Assembly: GCA_029006795.1 (NCBI GenBank)
Contig: JAQXGQ010000122.1
Location: 3,266-67,265, forward strand
Length of the DNA stretch: 64,000 nt
Direction: 5' to 3'
Source: Clostridiales bacterium
Lineage (GTDB): Bacteria; Bacillota; Clostridia; Lachnospirales; Lachnospiraceae
The position numbers and the translations under genes were made by a program. The notes under the pieces are model-generated. The model had not been told where the DNA came from, did no database searches, and saw only the letters and a list, made by a program, of their open reading frames with translations. Positions 49,582 to 61,240 of this stretch are shown one piece after another. The stretch's first letter is position 1. Each line of letters begins with the position of its first letter.

Positions 49582-51095
49582 TCTTCTGTCACCTTTTCTA
49601 AACCTGCTGCCTTTATAATACGATAAACTTCTTTTGAATACTCACTGCGATCGTCCATATTGTACAGAGTCATCGCTTCCTCTTCACCAATGCCAAATGT
49701 AGACAATGCACCAACCGCTTCGGCTTTCACATTCTCCACATTTCCTGCACATCCATACCTCTTTGCATCAGAAGCATACTTTTCACACCTTCCAATGGTG
49801 CGGAGCAGTGAATCCAATGCCATGTCATAAAGTTCCTGCTGCATCAGACTTTCATATGCAGAATACTCTGCATAAACAGTTGCCATAACCTTATATTTCT
49901 CATACTGCTCTAAATCAGCCTCTTTAATCTCCATACCTGAAACCTGCTGATAAGCCAGTTCATAATTACCATCATTATAAGCATCCTCTGCATCAATAAA
50001 GCTGTTTGAATATCCCATAAGATTTGTGGCAATCATCACCAATGCAAAAAAAGACCCAGCCATAATGAAAATCAGTATTACCGGTACTTTTGGTAAAGGC
50101 GGCGTATTATCCGGCACCTTAGGCGGCTTTTCTTTTTTCGGTTTTTCCTTCTTCGGCTTTGCTGCCTTCTGTGCCTGTTTTTCCTTTTTCTTCTTTTCCT
50201 TTTCCTCTTTCTTTTTGGCTTTTTTTGCTTTTTTCTCTTCTTTTTCTCTTGCTTTCTTTTCTTCTTCGGTTTCTACCTTTGGTTCGTCCTGTACAACCTC
50301 AGCATCACCACCGTCTAATTCCTGTAATATCTGAAGATTTTCATCGGAAAGTTCCTCAATATCCGGCATTTCTGTATGGGACATGGAAACCTTCTCTGTC
50401 GGCTTTTTCTCCTCATTTTCTTCTTCATCCTCACCAAAGAGGATTCTTCCGAGTTTTGCAAAAAAGCCTTCTTTTTTCTTCTCCGGCTCTTCCTCGTTCA
50501 GATTTTCCATCTCCGCTTCAGCAAAATTCCCAATTCCTGTATCATCAAGAGGTTCGTTATTTTCATCCGCATTCAGCATATCCCCGATATCAGAAAGCCC
50601 CTCTTCCGACTGAAGCAAATCCATCAAATCCTGATCATTATCCACAAGACTTTCCTCCTCTGCTGCTTCTCCTGTTGCCGATACCTCTTTCACCAAAGCG
50701 TCTAATGAATCTAGTCCATCTGATGAGTTGTCTTCCTCCTTGGCACCCTCATCTGTTTCTGAAACATTTTCTAACATATCTGCCAGAGCATCCTCGTTAT
50801 TCCCCTCTTGTTGTTTGGTGTCCATTTCCTGTTTTACGCTATTTACGATGCCGTCAATATTTTCAAAAAACAAATCGTCTCCTGCCGCACCCTCTGTTTC
50901 CGCATCTCCCTGCAATTCCTGTTCGAAGGCTTTTAAAAATTCTTCTTCTCCCCCTTCGGAAAGCATGTCATTTTCAAAATCTTTCATAAAATCTTTTTCT
51001 GACCGCATGGCATCTCCTTTATTATCCACATCTTCATTTTTCCCACTCGCCACAGAATCCAGCAAGCCATCTAAATACTCTTCTGATTCGCTCAT
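49578..51095 (-). CDS. very acidic single-pass membrane protein with K/E-rich linker and helical TPR-like C-terminus
   Basis: D/E-rich N-terminal ~280 aa, KEK/KPK run, one TM (VILIFIMAGSFFALVMIA); GGAGG RBS at MSESEE. Confidence 0.85.
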   Translation of the reverse strand: MSESEEYLDGLLDSVASGKNEDVDNKGDAMRSEKDFMKDFENDMLSEGGEEEFLKAFEQELQGDAETEGAAGDDLFFENIDGIVNSVKQEMDTKQQEGNNEDALADMLENVSETDEGAKEEDNSSDGLDSLDALVKEVSATGEAAEEESLVDNDQDLMDLLQSEEGLSDIGDMLNADENNEPLDDTGIGNFAEAEMENLNEEEPEKKKEGFFAKLGRILFGEDEEENEEKKPTEKVSMSHTEMPDIEELSDENLQILQELDGGDAEVVQDEPKVETEEEKKAREKEEKKAKKAKKKEEKEKKKKEKQAQKAAKPKKEKPKKEKPPKVPDNTPPLPKVPVILIFIMAGSFFALVMIATNLMGYSNSFIDAEDAYNDGNYELAYQQVSGMEIKEADLEQYEKYKVMATVYAEYSAYESLMQQELYDMALDSLLRTIGRCEKYASDAKRYGCAGNVENVKAEAVGALSTFGIGEEEAMTLYNMDDRSEYSKEVYRIIKAAGLEKVTEE

Positions 51096-51124
51096 CCTGC
51101 ACCTCCACACCTATAACTTAATTT

Positions 51125-51151
51125 GGGGATGTGATAAGTTATCACATCCCC
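51125..51151. repeat. perfect 27-bp palindrome
   Basis: GGGGATGTGATAA-G-TTATCACATCCCC. Confidence 0.8.
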
Positions 51152-51166
51152 TTCTTTCTCTCAACC

Positions 51167-52075
51167 TTAATCCATGCTATTATCAATTAATTCATCAATT
51201 GCTTCTACAAGATTGCCGATTTCCGGTTTTGTCAACTGTGCATCCGCTCCTAATTTTTCGCCCTTGATCCTCATTTCCTCATTTACTAAAGAAGAGAAGA
51301 TAATCAATGGTATTTTTTTCATAACATCATCTGTCTTTACCAGTTTTGTTAAGCGATGTCCGTCCATCAACGGCATTTCAATATCCGTAATAATACAGTG
51401 TACTTTATCCTGCACGGTTCCCTCTCTTTTTAGTTTTGACAATTCATCCCATGCTTCCTGTCCATTCATAGTCACAATGAGGTTTGTATAACCTGCTTTC
51501 TTAAGACAGTCAGTAATCAACTTGCTAAGCAACGGTGAATCCTCTGCAATCAATATCGGAGAATCACATCTCTGGCGGCTAGGCATATTGTCTACATCTG
51601 AAACCTTTAACCCTGTCTCCGGACTGATATCTGTCACAATCTTCTCAAAGTCGAGAATGATAATTAATTTATCATCTAATTTGATGACACCGGTAGACGC
51701 ACTGTTGTCCTCTGTGTTAATAGTAGAATCCGGTTTGATGATGGACTCCCATGACACACGATGAATTCCAATGACTGCATCTACATGAAATGCAATATTT
51801 AATTTATTAAAATTAGTAATGATAAATAGTCCCTCTCCGGTTCCATCTTCCGGCATTCCTAAACATCTCTTTAAATTTACCACTGTTATCATCGTATCAC
51901 GCGGCATAAAGATACCTTCTACACTCGGATGTGAATTTGGCACCGGTGTAATCGGCTGATAAGTTAAAATTTCTCTGATTTTTGCAACATTAATTCCGTA
52001 GTGATTATTTCCAAGAGTAAATTCCAAAACCTCCAGCTCATTCGTTCCTGACTCTAAAAGTATATTCGTATCCAT
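51167..52075 (-). CDS. cheV: chemotaxis protein CheV (CheW + receiver)
   Basis: ILLESGTNELE, YGINVAKIREI, AEDS, TDIEMP.MDG. Confidence 0.96.
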   Translation of the reverse strand: MDTNILLESGTNELEVLEFTLGNNHYGINVAKIREILTYQPITPVPNSHPSVEGIFMPRDTMITVVNLKRCLGMPEDGTGEGLFIITNFNKLNIAFHVDAVIGIHRVSWESIIKPDSTINTEDNSASTGVIKLDDKLIIILDFEKIVTDISPETGLKVSDVDNMPSRQRCDSPILIAEDSPLLSKLITDCLKKAGYTNLIVTMNGQEAWDELSKLKREGTVQDKVHCIITDIEMPLMDGHRLTKLVKTDDVMKKIPLIIFSSLVNEEMRIKGEKLGADAQLTKPEIGNLVEAIDELIDNSMD

Positions 52076-52161
52076 CGATATCTCTCCTCCCGTGTATCAT
52101 ATATACAATGTATTTTCTTAAGACGTTGTATTTTTAATATTATAGCACAATGGTACTATTT

Positions 52162-52875
52162 TTACAAAGCAATTTGATAACTTGTCCCACCTATATTCAC
52201 ATTCAAAGTGAAATCCGGTACCTCCGTGACGGTATCCGGCACCTGAAACAATAAAACCGTCCTCTGTGTTTCTCCTGCCGGAATGGTTCCCTGGTAAGTA
52301 GAAAAATCCTCTAACAGTACCGTAAACTCTGCAGCCGTATTCACGCCATCTGCCGTATTGACTCTAAAAGCCGGTGCTAATGCAAAATTATCAATCTCTG
52401 CGTCCTCTGCTCCATTGTTGGTAATATCAAACCCCAATACCAGATAGGTTTTTCCTTTTTCTGCATCTACGGAATAGTAGGCATCCTCAATATAGTTCGG
52501 TGTAAGCGATGCGCCTGTATATGTAACACTAATCGTTTCACTTCCGAAAATATCGTTTAACCCAGCCGCCTGTGCAGTGGTGCTCTCATCCTCTCCAGAG
52601 GCAGCCGTCATATCCACACCTGCATCCGCTACGTTTTCCGTTTCTTCCGGTATCTCAGGCTCCTGCACCTGTTCCGCTTCTTCTACAGCATCCATATTTA
52701 CATAAGTCAGCCCTTGTTTCTGATCCGTGTTAAATTTCGATACCACATGAGCAGAGTAGTTGACAATAACGTCCTCCTCGCTCTCTGTCAGTTGATAAGG
52801 TGCTTCACCGCATCCCCCTAACAGCATTGCCACTGCTGACAATGCAGCCATTGTTTTGATTTTTGATATCTTCAT
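52162..52875 (-). CDS. lipoprotein with DUF4352-like Ig domain
   Basis: Lipobox LGGC; YLVLGFDITN..., TIPAGET..VLLFQVP. Confidence 0.8.
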   Translation of the reverse strand: MKISKIKTMAALSAVAMLLGGCGEAPYQLTESEEDVIVNYSAHVVSKFNTDQKQGLTYVNMDAVEEAEQVQEPEIPEETENVADAGVDMTAASGEDESTTAQAAGLNDIFGSETISVTYTGASLTPNYIEDAYYSVDAEKGKTYLVLGFDITNNGAEDAEIDNFALAPAFRVNTADGVNTAAEFTVLLEDFSTYQGTIPAGETQRTVLLFQVPDTVTEVPDFTLNVNIGGTSYQIAL

Positions 52876-52969
52876 AGGTTTCCTCGCAAAATATCTGTAA
52901 ACTATATATTATGTTAGCATTTTTGGGAAAATATAGCAACCCAAAATTACGTTTCTAAATATATTTCTG

Positions 52970-54511
52970 TCAATGATTTCCTGTTTCTAATTCGAACCAG
53001 AATTCCACTCCGTTTTCATAATTGATAACACCGCATTGCTGGTGAAAAGATTCCATAATCGCTTTTACAATAGAAAGGCCTATGCCGCTCCCGCCATATT
53101 CCCTCGTTCTCGCTTTATCCACTTTGTAGAATTTAATCCAGATATTGTCAATATCTTCCTGCGGTATCGGCTTTCCTGTATTAAACACACTAACACGTAC
53201 CTTATCTTCCGCCTGCACACAGCTAATGTCAATTTTCTTTTCTCCATCTGTATGATGAATTGCGTTGCTTAGATAGTTCGTTACTACTTCCTCGACTTTA
53301 AATTCATCCGCCCATACAAATATCGGCTTATTTTCAGAAAAAGTGAGTGTTATTTTATTTTGATTCAAAAGAATTGCAGAAGCATTCACAACTCCACGTA
53401 TCAGTTCTGTCAAATCAAAGCGTTCCATCGTAATGGTCTCATTCCCAAATTCCAACTGATTCAGCGTCAAAAGTTTTTTTACCATTCGATTCATTTTATC
53501 CGCTTCATCCATGATGACTTCGCAATAAAATTCCCGGCTCTGCTCATCCTCATTGATACATTCTTTCAGTCCTTCTGCATACCCCTGAATTAGGGCAAGC
53601 GGGGTTTTCAACTCATGAGATACGTTAGACAGAAACTCTTTTCGCATCTCGTCAATCTGCGTCTTTTTGTCAATATCTATCTGTAGCTGGTTATTTGCAC
53701 TTTTCAGTTCAGAGATTGTTCTCTCAAGAGTGCGGGAAAGCTCATTCATATGCTCTCCTAACTCGTCGATTTCATTCTTTCGTTTTGTTCTCGGCTGATA
53801 TTTTGCCTCAAAATCAAGTTCTGTCATGCGTTTAGAAATATTGGTAAGTTCTAACAGCGGCATGGTAATTTCCCGGGAAACAAGCACAATCACAACCGCA
53901 CTGACAATAACAGAGAACACACCTACCCATCCTAAAAAGCGGTTGCTGATTTTCACACTTTCCCGGATGCTCTCTAATGCCGAACGCATCAAAATAAGGT
54001 TTCCATCAGACAGCGCCCCATAAAGCACTAAATATTCAGAATCTAAGCGGGTATCCCTCTGTCTTTGTATTACATAATCCTCATTTTGCATTAATATGGT
54101 AGTCTCATTTTGCCGCTCTCCAAAAATAATGTCCATAAACTCTATCAACATCTTCTGGGTATTGTTGACAGAGGATCTTAAAATTCTGCGGTCAGAACTG
54201 ATAATCATAACAGTAATATTTCCGTTAGCGCAAAGATTGTCAAATGCCACATCAAAATCACTGTCATATAACGCTCCCGTCTGGCTTGCCGCATCCATAA
54301 TCTCAAAACCGTCCAACAAAGTATTCTGTTGATTATGCACATAATATTTTTCCAGGAAAGCAGTGTTTAACACCCAGCATAAAATCAACGTACCTGCCAC
54401 TAAACAGCTGATAATCGTTACGATTTTTCTTGTCAAAGAACCGGGATAGGTTTTTCCTTCTTTTTTTGTTTTTTCTTTATCTATTAAAATTTTATGCCTG
54501 TTAACTTTCAT
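52970..54511 (-). CDS. HAMP sensor histidine kinase (start uncertain)
   Basis: Two TMs, SHELKTPL, FYKVDKARTREYGGSGIGL. Confidence 0.93.
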   Translation of the reverse strand: MKVNRHKILIDKEKTKKEGKTYPGSLTRKIVTIISCLVAGTLILCWVLNTAFLEKYYVHNQQNTLLDGFEIMDAASQTGALYDSDFDVAFDNLCANGNITVMIISSDRRILRSSVNNTQKMLIEFMDIIFGERQNETTILMQNEDYVIQRQRDTRLDSEYLVLYGALSDGNLILMRSALESIRESVKISNRFLGWVGVFSVIVSAVVIVLVSREITMPLLELTNISKRMTELDFEAKYQPRTKRKNEIDELGEHMNELSRTLERTISELKSANNQLQIDIDKKTQIDEMRKEFLSNVSHELKTPLALIQGYAEGLKECINEDEQSREFYCEVIMDEADKMNRMVKKLLTLNQLEFGNETITMERFDLTELIRGVVNASAILLNQNKITLTFSENKPIFVWADEFKVEEVVTNYLSNAIHHTDGEKKIDISCVQAEDKVRVSVFNTGKPIPQEDIDNIWIKFYKVDKARTREYGGSGIGLSIVKAIMESFHQQCGVINYENGVEFWFELETGNH

Positions 54512-54537
54512 TGTCAATATTTTTTAGGATTTTAGTA

Positions 54538-55224
54538 CTACTGGTGGGTTACTTCAAATTTATACCCCATACCCCAGATGGTTTTTATATAATCTCCCTT
54601 TTCTCCTATCTTTGCACGCAATTTTTTCACATGGGTATCAATGGTTCGCGCATCTCCAAAATAATCATAGTTCCAGACATGATTTAAAATTTTTTCTCTG
54701 GATAACGCAATTCCCTGATTTTCCAGAAAATATGTCAGAAGTTCAAATTCCTTGAAACTTAAATCAATACTCTCTCCATCGACCGTCACCATATGCGCCG
54801 TCTGGTCAACCACAATTCCACCTGCCGAAAGAACGTTTCCTTCTGCTTCTGTCTTTCCGCTCCGACGCAGAATTGCTCCAATTCTTGCCACCAAAATCTT
54901 CGGTGAAAAAGGCTTGGAAATATATTCATCCACACCCAGGTCAAAACCGTTCAGTTCATCCTCCTCTTCCCCTTTTGCAGTCAGCATAATAATAGGCACT
55001 TTAGATGTCTCACGTATCTCACGGCATACATCCCAGCCGTTGATTTTAGGCATCATAACATCCAGCAAAATAAGAGCGATATCCTTTTCTGCATAAAAAA
55101 TATTTAAGGCCTCTTCACCGTCACCGGCTTCTAGCACCTCATAATTTTCCCGCACCAGAAAGTCTTTTACCAGCTTTCTCATCCTGCTTTCATCATCCAC
55201 TACCAAAATTTTTATCTTTTCCAT
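54538..55224 (-). CDS. OmpR-family response regulator
   Basis: VVDDE, DVMMP, KPFS, RTIDTHVKKLR, WGMGYKF. Confidence 0.96.
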   Translation of the reverse strand: MEKIKILVVDDESRMRKLVKDFLVRENYEVLEAGDGEEALNIFYAEKDIALILLDVMMPKINGWDVCREIRETSKVPIIMLTAKGEEEDELNGFDLGVDEYISKPFSPKILVARIGAILRRSGKTEAEGNVLSAGGIVVDQTAHMVTVDGESIDLSFKEFELLTYFLENQGIALSREKILNHVWNYDYFGDARTIDTHVKKLRAKIGEKGDYIKTIWGMGYKFEVTHQ

Positions 55225-55323
55225 AAAAAATCATATCCTTCCATTTGTTGTCTGCCAAGATAGCCGTCAAATCTTATGTTATATTTCTTATTTTAGCAGG
55301 CATTTATGAAATATCTGTGACTT

Positions 55324-55914
55324 CTATTCCCCATATGTAATGCCAAGTTCTTTCTCCCGCATTTTGACTGCCTCTTCCCTCTCTTGAAGCTGTTTTTCCC
55401 AACCGGCATATTTATCAATAATCTTATTTTCATAGTTTAAAATGTTCAAATTGTTGCTGCTCGCTGTAATAATAAACATTCCTGCCATACTCACTGCCAT
55501 AATTACCGCTAAAAACAGTGTGACACGATATTTCATCCGATATCCCGCATCCCGTTTTTCCACTACTTTTTTTGGTTTTTCGCAAACCGTTTTCACGGGT
55601 ATTTTCATTTTTTTGCGAATACTTATTTCTAATGCCTTATGTCTGACCGGTATCGGCAGTACAGCATCTTTTGCCACATAAGGCACGGAAATCAGGTAAT
55701 CCTGTAAATCTTTCAGATAAGCAAACCCCACTGCCGTTTCAAATAGCTGCTGCTGTATGATTTTATTGTAAATCTGCAGCACCATTTCGGGATTATCCAT
55801 TTCCATTTTAGATTTGATATGCTTGATACCCTCTGCCTCTTTTGCCGCCTGCACTGCCTCTGCTTCATTTTCAAATATAAATCCGTCAATGACGGTACTG
55901 TTCTTGTCTGACAT
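55324..55914 (-). CDS. hypothetical protein with one C-proximal TM
   Basis: 196-aa ORF, one hydrophobic segment followed by a coiled coil. Confidence 0.8.
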   Translation of the reverse strand: MSDKNSTVIDGFIFENEAEAVQAAKEAEGIKHIKSKMEMDNPEMVLQIYNKIIQQQLFETAVGFAYLKDLQDYLISVPYVAKDAVLPIPVRHKALEISIRKKMKIPVKTVCEKPKKVVEKRDAGYRMKYRVTLFLAVIMAVSMAGMFIITASSNNLNILNYENKIIDKYAGWEKQLQEREEAVKMREKELGITYGE

Positions 55915-56104
55915 ATGTTTTTAAACCCCATTTTATCTCTAAGTCCGGTATCTTAGCCGAACCTAACATATCGTTTTTCAATATCTATTATAAAAAAGTG
56001 ACATATGAAATACAACACTAATATTCTTCCTAAGGATATAAAATAAGTGTCGAAAACCATCGATTGTTCTAGCCAATCACGCATTTCCGGCACTTTCCTT
56101 TGAG

Positions 56105-56462
56105 TGGACCTGACGGGAGTCGAACCCGTGTCCAAAAACCAATCCCCTGTCCTTCTACGAGCGTAGCTTATGGATTAACATTCCCTCTGCCGGACTTGCA
56201 TAAGCACAATTCCGGTTTCAGTAGCTTCATCATACGCCTGCGGGCTCAAAGCTTTGCCCGTATCGTTTCCTACATAGTCGAAGCCTGAGTCCTAAAGTGT
56301 AGGTGCTCTAGGTCAGACTGCTGCCATTAGGGCAGCCAAGTTGCAGCTTAGGCTGCAACCGCTAAATTATCTTCAGCGTTTAATTTTAAGTTTGGAATTT
56401 AACGCATCCCCTGCGACTCGCTTCTCCAGCTTCATGATCCCTGTCGAAACCATTACAAGCCC
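56105..56462 (-). ncRNA. ssrA: tmRNA; tag (A)AEDNLAVAA*
   Basis: 5' GGGCTTGTAATGGTTTCGAC; 3' GGGTTCGACTCCCGTCAGGTCCA; G3-U70 pair; resume ORF GCT GAA GAT AAT TTA GCG GTT GCA GCC TAA; downstream of smpB. Confidence 0.96.
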
Positions 56463-56535
56463 ATATTATTTTATAAGCCCACAACCTTCCTGCTAATCCG
56501 AAGAGTTGTGTACTTTTCTTACTAAATTGACACCG

Positions 56536-57000
56536 CTACAGGTTTCTCACTTTAAAGTCACGTTCTGCTTCTCTGCGCATATCCTTCTTTGCGATATCCT
56601 GTCTCTTATCGTAGAGTTTCTTACCTCTGGCAAGGGCAATTTCTACTTTTACCAGACTCCCTTTAAAGTATACCTCAACTGGCACTAAAGTGTAACCCTT
56701 TTCTGCAATTTTTCCCACTAATTTGCGGATTTCCGTCTTGTGCATCAGTAATTTCTTCGGACGGAGTGGGTCTTTGTTGAAAATATTTCCTTTTTCATAG
56801 GGAGAAATGTGCATTCCATAGATAATCACTTCCCCATTTTCGATGCGGATGAAGGCCTCTTTGATACTGCATTTTCCCATGCGCAGGGACTTGACCTCCG
56901 TCCCGTGCAGTTCAATACCCGCCTCATAGCGTTCTTCTAAGAAGTAGTCGTGGTAAGCTTTTTTATTGTTCGCAATCATTCTTTTTTCCACTTTTGCCAT
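56536..57000 (-). CDS. smpB: SsrA-binding protein
   Basis: [30 protein letters not shown]. Confidence 0.98.
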   Translation of the reverse strand: MAKVEKRMIANNKKAYHDYFLEERYEAGIELHGTEVKSLRMGKCSIKEAFIRIENGEVIIYGMHISPYEKGNIFNKDPLRPKKLLMHKTEIRKLVGKIAEKGYTLVPVEVYFKGSLVKVEIALARGKKLYDKRQDIAKKDMRREAERDFKVRNL

Positions 57001-57104
57001 TACGACCACCCCTCTCTAAAATCAATCTTTTTTGTGCCACTTTAAGACACAAATCTAACTTTATCATTATAGCCCGAAACTCTTTTTTCTGCAAGAAACT
57101 TCTG

Positions 57105-59267
57105 TCATTTTTCTTCGACAATTTCTTCCTCAAGTTTCTCATTCTCTTTTACTACCCGAAAATCAATGGTGCGCATTACCTTATCCGTGTTCATCACCAT
57201 AACATGAACCTTCTGCCCTAATTTGTAACGAATATTTGTCACATCGCCAATCAGTTCATAGGTGTTCTCACTGTAATGGAAATAATCATCCACTAAAGAT
57301 GTCACATGGACTAAGCCCTCAATAGTATTCGGCAGTTCTACATAAAATCCCCACTCCGTCACACCAGAAATGACTCCCTCGAACACCTCACCGATATGTT
57401 CAGACATATACTCCACTTTTTTGAGTTTTTCTGTTTCTCTCTCTGCCTCGTCGGCACGACGTTCCATCTCGCTCGAATGTTTCGCCACTTCCGGCAGGAT
57501 TTTTTCGTAATGCTCTATTTTCTTTGCATTCATCCTGCCCCGCAGATTATCCTTGATAATCCGATGTATCTGCAGATCCGGGTAACGGCGGATTGGAGAA
57601 GTGAAATGACAATAATAATGAGTTGCCAGTCCGAAATGTCCAGTGCTCATAGTAGCATATTTTGCCTGCTTCATGGAACGTAAGGTAAGACGACTGATCA
57701 AAGCCTCTTCCTGTGTCCCCTCGATTTTTTGCAGCAATTTCTGCAACTCTTTCGGATGGATCTCATCCTGCCCTAATTTGATAGTATAACCAAAATTATT
57801 AATAAACGTGCCCAGTTTTTTGATTTTTTCCGTATCCGGGTTGTCGTGAGTACGATAAACAAAGGGAAGCTCCTGCCAGAAATAATCCTGCGCCACAGTC
57901 TCATTGGCAATCAACATGAAATCCTCAATAATCTTTGTTGCCACATTCCGCTCATAGGGTTTAATTTCCACCGGTTTTCCTTTTTCATCCAAGATAATTT
58001 TTGTCTCAGGAAAATCAAAATCAATAGAACCTCTGCCCATACGTTTTTTTCGCAGAATAGCTGCTAACTCTTTCATCAACTCAAACATAGGCACCAGTTC
58101 TTCATATTCCCGAATTTCCGCTTCGTCCCTGTCCTCTAATATCTTCTTTACGCTGGTATAGCTCATGCGGCGGTCTACCTTGATGACGGTCTCCGCAATG
58201 GTATGGTCGATGACATTTCCTTTCTTGTCAATCGTCATAATGCAGCTTAGCGCCAGACGATTCTCCCCCGCATTCAAAGAACAGATACCATTAGATAACT
58301 TATGAGGCAGCATTGGTATTACTCTGTCTACTAAGTACACGGAGGTTCCCCTCTTTAACGCTTCTACATCTAAGGCACTGTGTTCCTGCACATAATTGGT
58401 GACATCCGCAATATGCACGCCGAGACGGTAATGCTCTCCCTCTCTAGTGAGAGTGATGGCATCATCTAAGTCCTTCGCATCCTCCCCGTCAATGGTGACG
58501 GTCTGCCACTCTCTCAAATCCATACGCCCCGCCATATCAGCAGTGCTGACCTCGTTTGATACATTTTCCACCTGTTTCATAATTTTATCAGAAAATTCCA
58601 TCGGCAGGTCATAGGCTTTTACGATAGATAAAATGTCTGTTCCGGGGTCATTGATATGCCCTAAAATCTCTATTACCTTTCCCTCGGGCTTTTTTCCCTC
58701 TCTTCCAAAATCCGTAATTTCCACCACAACCTTATGCCCGGTCACCGCACCTTTTGAGCGCTCCTGAGATATAAAAATATCTGTACCGAATTTCGGATTA
58801 TCCGGCACTGCAAAGCCAAAGGTTTTGCTTTTTTCAAAGGTGCAGACAATATTTGTGGTTCCTCTGGAAAGAATCTTTATGACAGTTCCCTCCCTGCGTT
58901 TTCCGCTGTTTTCGGAGACAATTGCCACCTGTACGGTATCCATATGAAATGCACCGTGCACCTGGCTCTCCGGGATAAAGATATCCTCTTCTTCCCCCTC
59001 TACCGACACAAAACCAAATCCTCTCGGATGAGCGGTAAAGATTCCGGTAAGATACTTTCCCTCAGACTTTATATATTTTCCTTTGGAAGTAACCTCAATT
59101 TTTCCCTCCGCCACTAAGGCATCTAATACCTCCTGTAACTCTTTCCGTATCTCTTTCGGCACCGAGAGAACAGCAGCTATTTCCTTTGCCTTCATGGGCA
59201 CATATAAATCATCACAGATAAACTGATAGATTGTTTTTTTTCGTTCCTGTAAAAGTTCTTTTTCCAT
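57105..59267 (-). CDS. rnr: ribonuclease R
   Basis: TIDGEDAKDLDDA, HIADV, HFTSPIRRYPDL, C-terminal S1 domain. Confidence 0.97.
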   Translation of the reverse strand: MEKELLQERKKTIYQFICDDLYVPMKAKEIAAVLSVPKEIRKELQEVLDALVAEGKIEVTSKGKYIKSEGKYLTGIFTAHPRGFGFVSVEGEEEDIFIPESQVHGAFHMDTVQVAIVSENSGKRREGTVIKILSRGTTNIVCTFEKSKTFGFAVPDNPKFGTDIFISQERSKGAVTGHKVVVEITDFGREGKKPEGKVIEILGHINDPGTDILSIVKAYDLPMEFSDKIMKQVENVSNEVSTADMAGRMDLREWQTVTIDGEDAKDLDDAITLTREGEHYRLGVHIADVTNYVQEHSALDVEALKRGTSVYLVDRVIPMLPHKLSNGICSLNAGENRLALSCIMTIDKKGNVIDHTIAETVIKVDRRMSYTSVKKILEDRDEAEIREYEELVPMFELMKELAAILRKKRMGRGSIDFDFPETKIILDEKGKPVEIKPYERNVATKIIEDFMLIANETVAQDYFWQELPFVYRTHDNPDTEKIKKLGTFINNFGYTIKLGQDEIHPKELQKLLQKIEGTQEEALISRLTLRSMKQAKYATMSTGHFGLATHYYCHFTSPIRRYPDLQIHRIIKDNLRGRMNAKKIEHYEKILPEVAKHSSEMERRADEAERETEKLKKVEYMSEHIGEVFEGVISGVTEWGFYVELPNTIEGLVHVTSLVDDYFHYSENTYELIGDVTNIRYKLGQKVHVMVMNTDKVMRTIDFRVVKENEKLEEEIVEEK

Positions 59268-59285
59268 TCATTTTCCTCATCTTTA

Positions 59286-59343
59286 TTTCATAGGAAAGGC
59301 AAATACTTTCATACGGTAATTAAACAAAGTCTTTCCTATGAAA
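59286..59343. repeat. 58-bp element with terminal inverted repeats
   Basis: TTTCATAGGAAAGGC...GTCTTTCCTATGAAA. Confidence 0.6.
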
Positions 59344-59382
59344 CAAAAAAAGCTGCCGCATGAAATACGACAGCCTCTCACT

Positions 59383-59622
59383 CTAAAAAATTCCCATATT
59401 CAATACTGCAGCAATCACAATAAACAACACCACACAGAGGGTTGTCAGTTTCACTAATATTCCCTCCATAGAACGTCCTTTATTCTTTCCCCAATAGGTA
59501 TCTGCCGCACCTGCGATAGCACCTAAACCTGCGGATTTCCCTTCCTGCATCAGAATGATGACTGTTAATGCTAAACAAACCAATATGAAAATAACGGTTA
59601 AAATCGTCTTTAAAATTTCCAA
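59383..59622 (-). CDS. secG: preprotein translocase subunit SecG
   Basis: LMQEGKSAGLGAIAG, two TMs; TTG start; promoter TTGAAA-17-TACAAT. Confidence 0.95.
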   Translation of the reverse strand: MEILKTILTVIFILVCLALTVIILMQEGKSAGLGAIAGAADTYWGKNKGRSMEGILVKLTTLCVVLFIVIAAVLNMGIF

Positions 59623-59756
59623 AATCGTTTCCTCCTACGGTCACTAACTCACAACTTTTGTTATTGTACCATAGCCTTTTCGATTTTTCAACCACTTTTT
59701 TATTTTATCTTCAGAAAAAACTTATCAAACCGGAAACAGGAAAAAGTAAACCTGTT

Positions 59757-61187
<1,431 letters not shown>

Positions 61188-61191
61188 TCAT

Positions 61192-61221
61192 CAGTATGCG
61201 TAAACCGGGAATTTTTTATAC
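61192..61221 (-). promoter_or_regulatory. sigma-G-type promoter upstream of eno
   Basis: GTATA-N18-CATACTG. Confidence 0.6.
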
Positions 61222-61240
61222 CAGTGTTTCTAACACAATA

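Noticed and set aside
50159-50989. 276-aa plus-strand ORF (also 43443-44030, 48331-48888, 21153-21635 and similar)
   Set aside because: Antisense shadows of well-supported genes; no RBS or domain signatures.
56048-56054. Spo0A box TGTCGAA
   Set aside because: Single 7-mer lying in the arm of the ssrA terminator-like repeat; expected by chance.
55953-56288. Short ORFs overlapping the tmRNA 3' end
   Set aside because: Artefacts of reading through ssrA.
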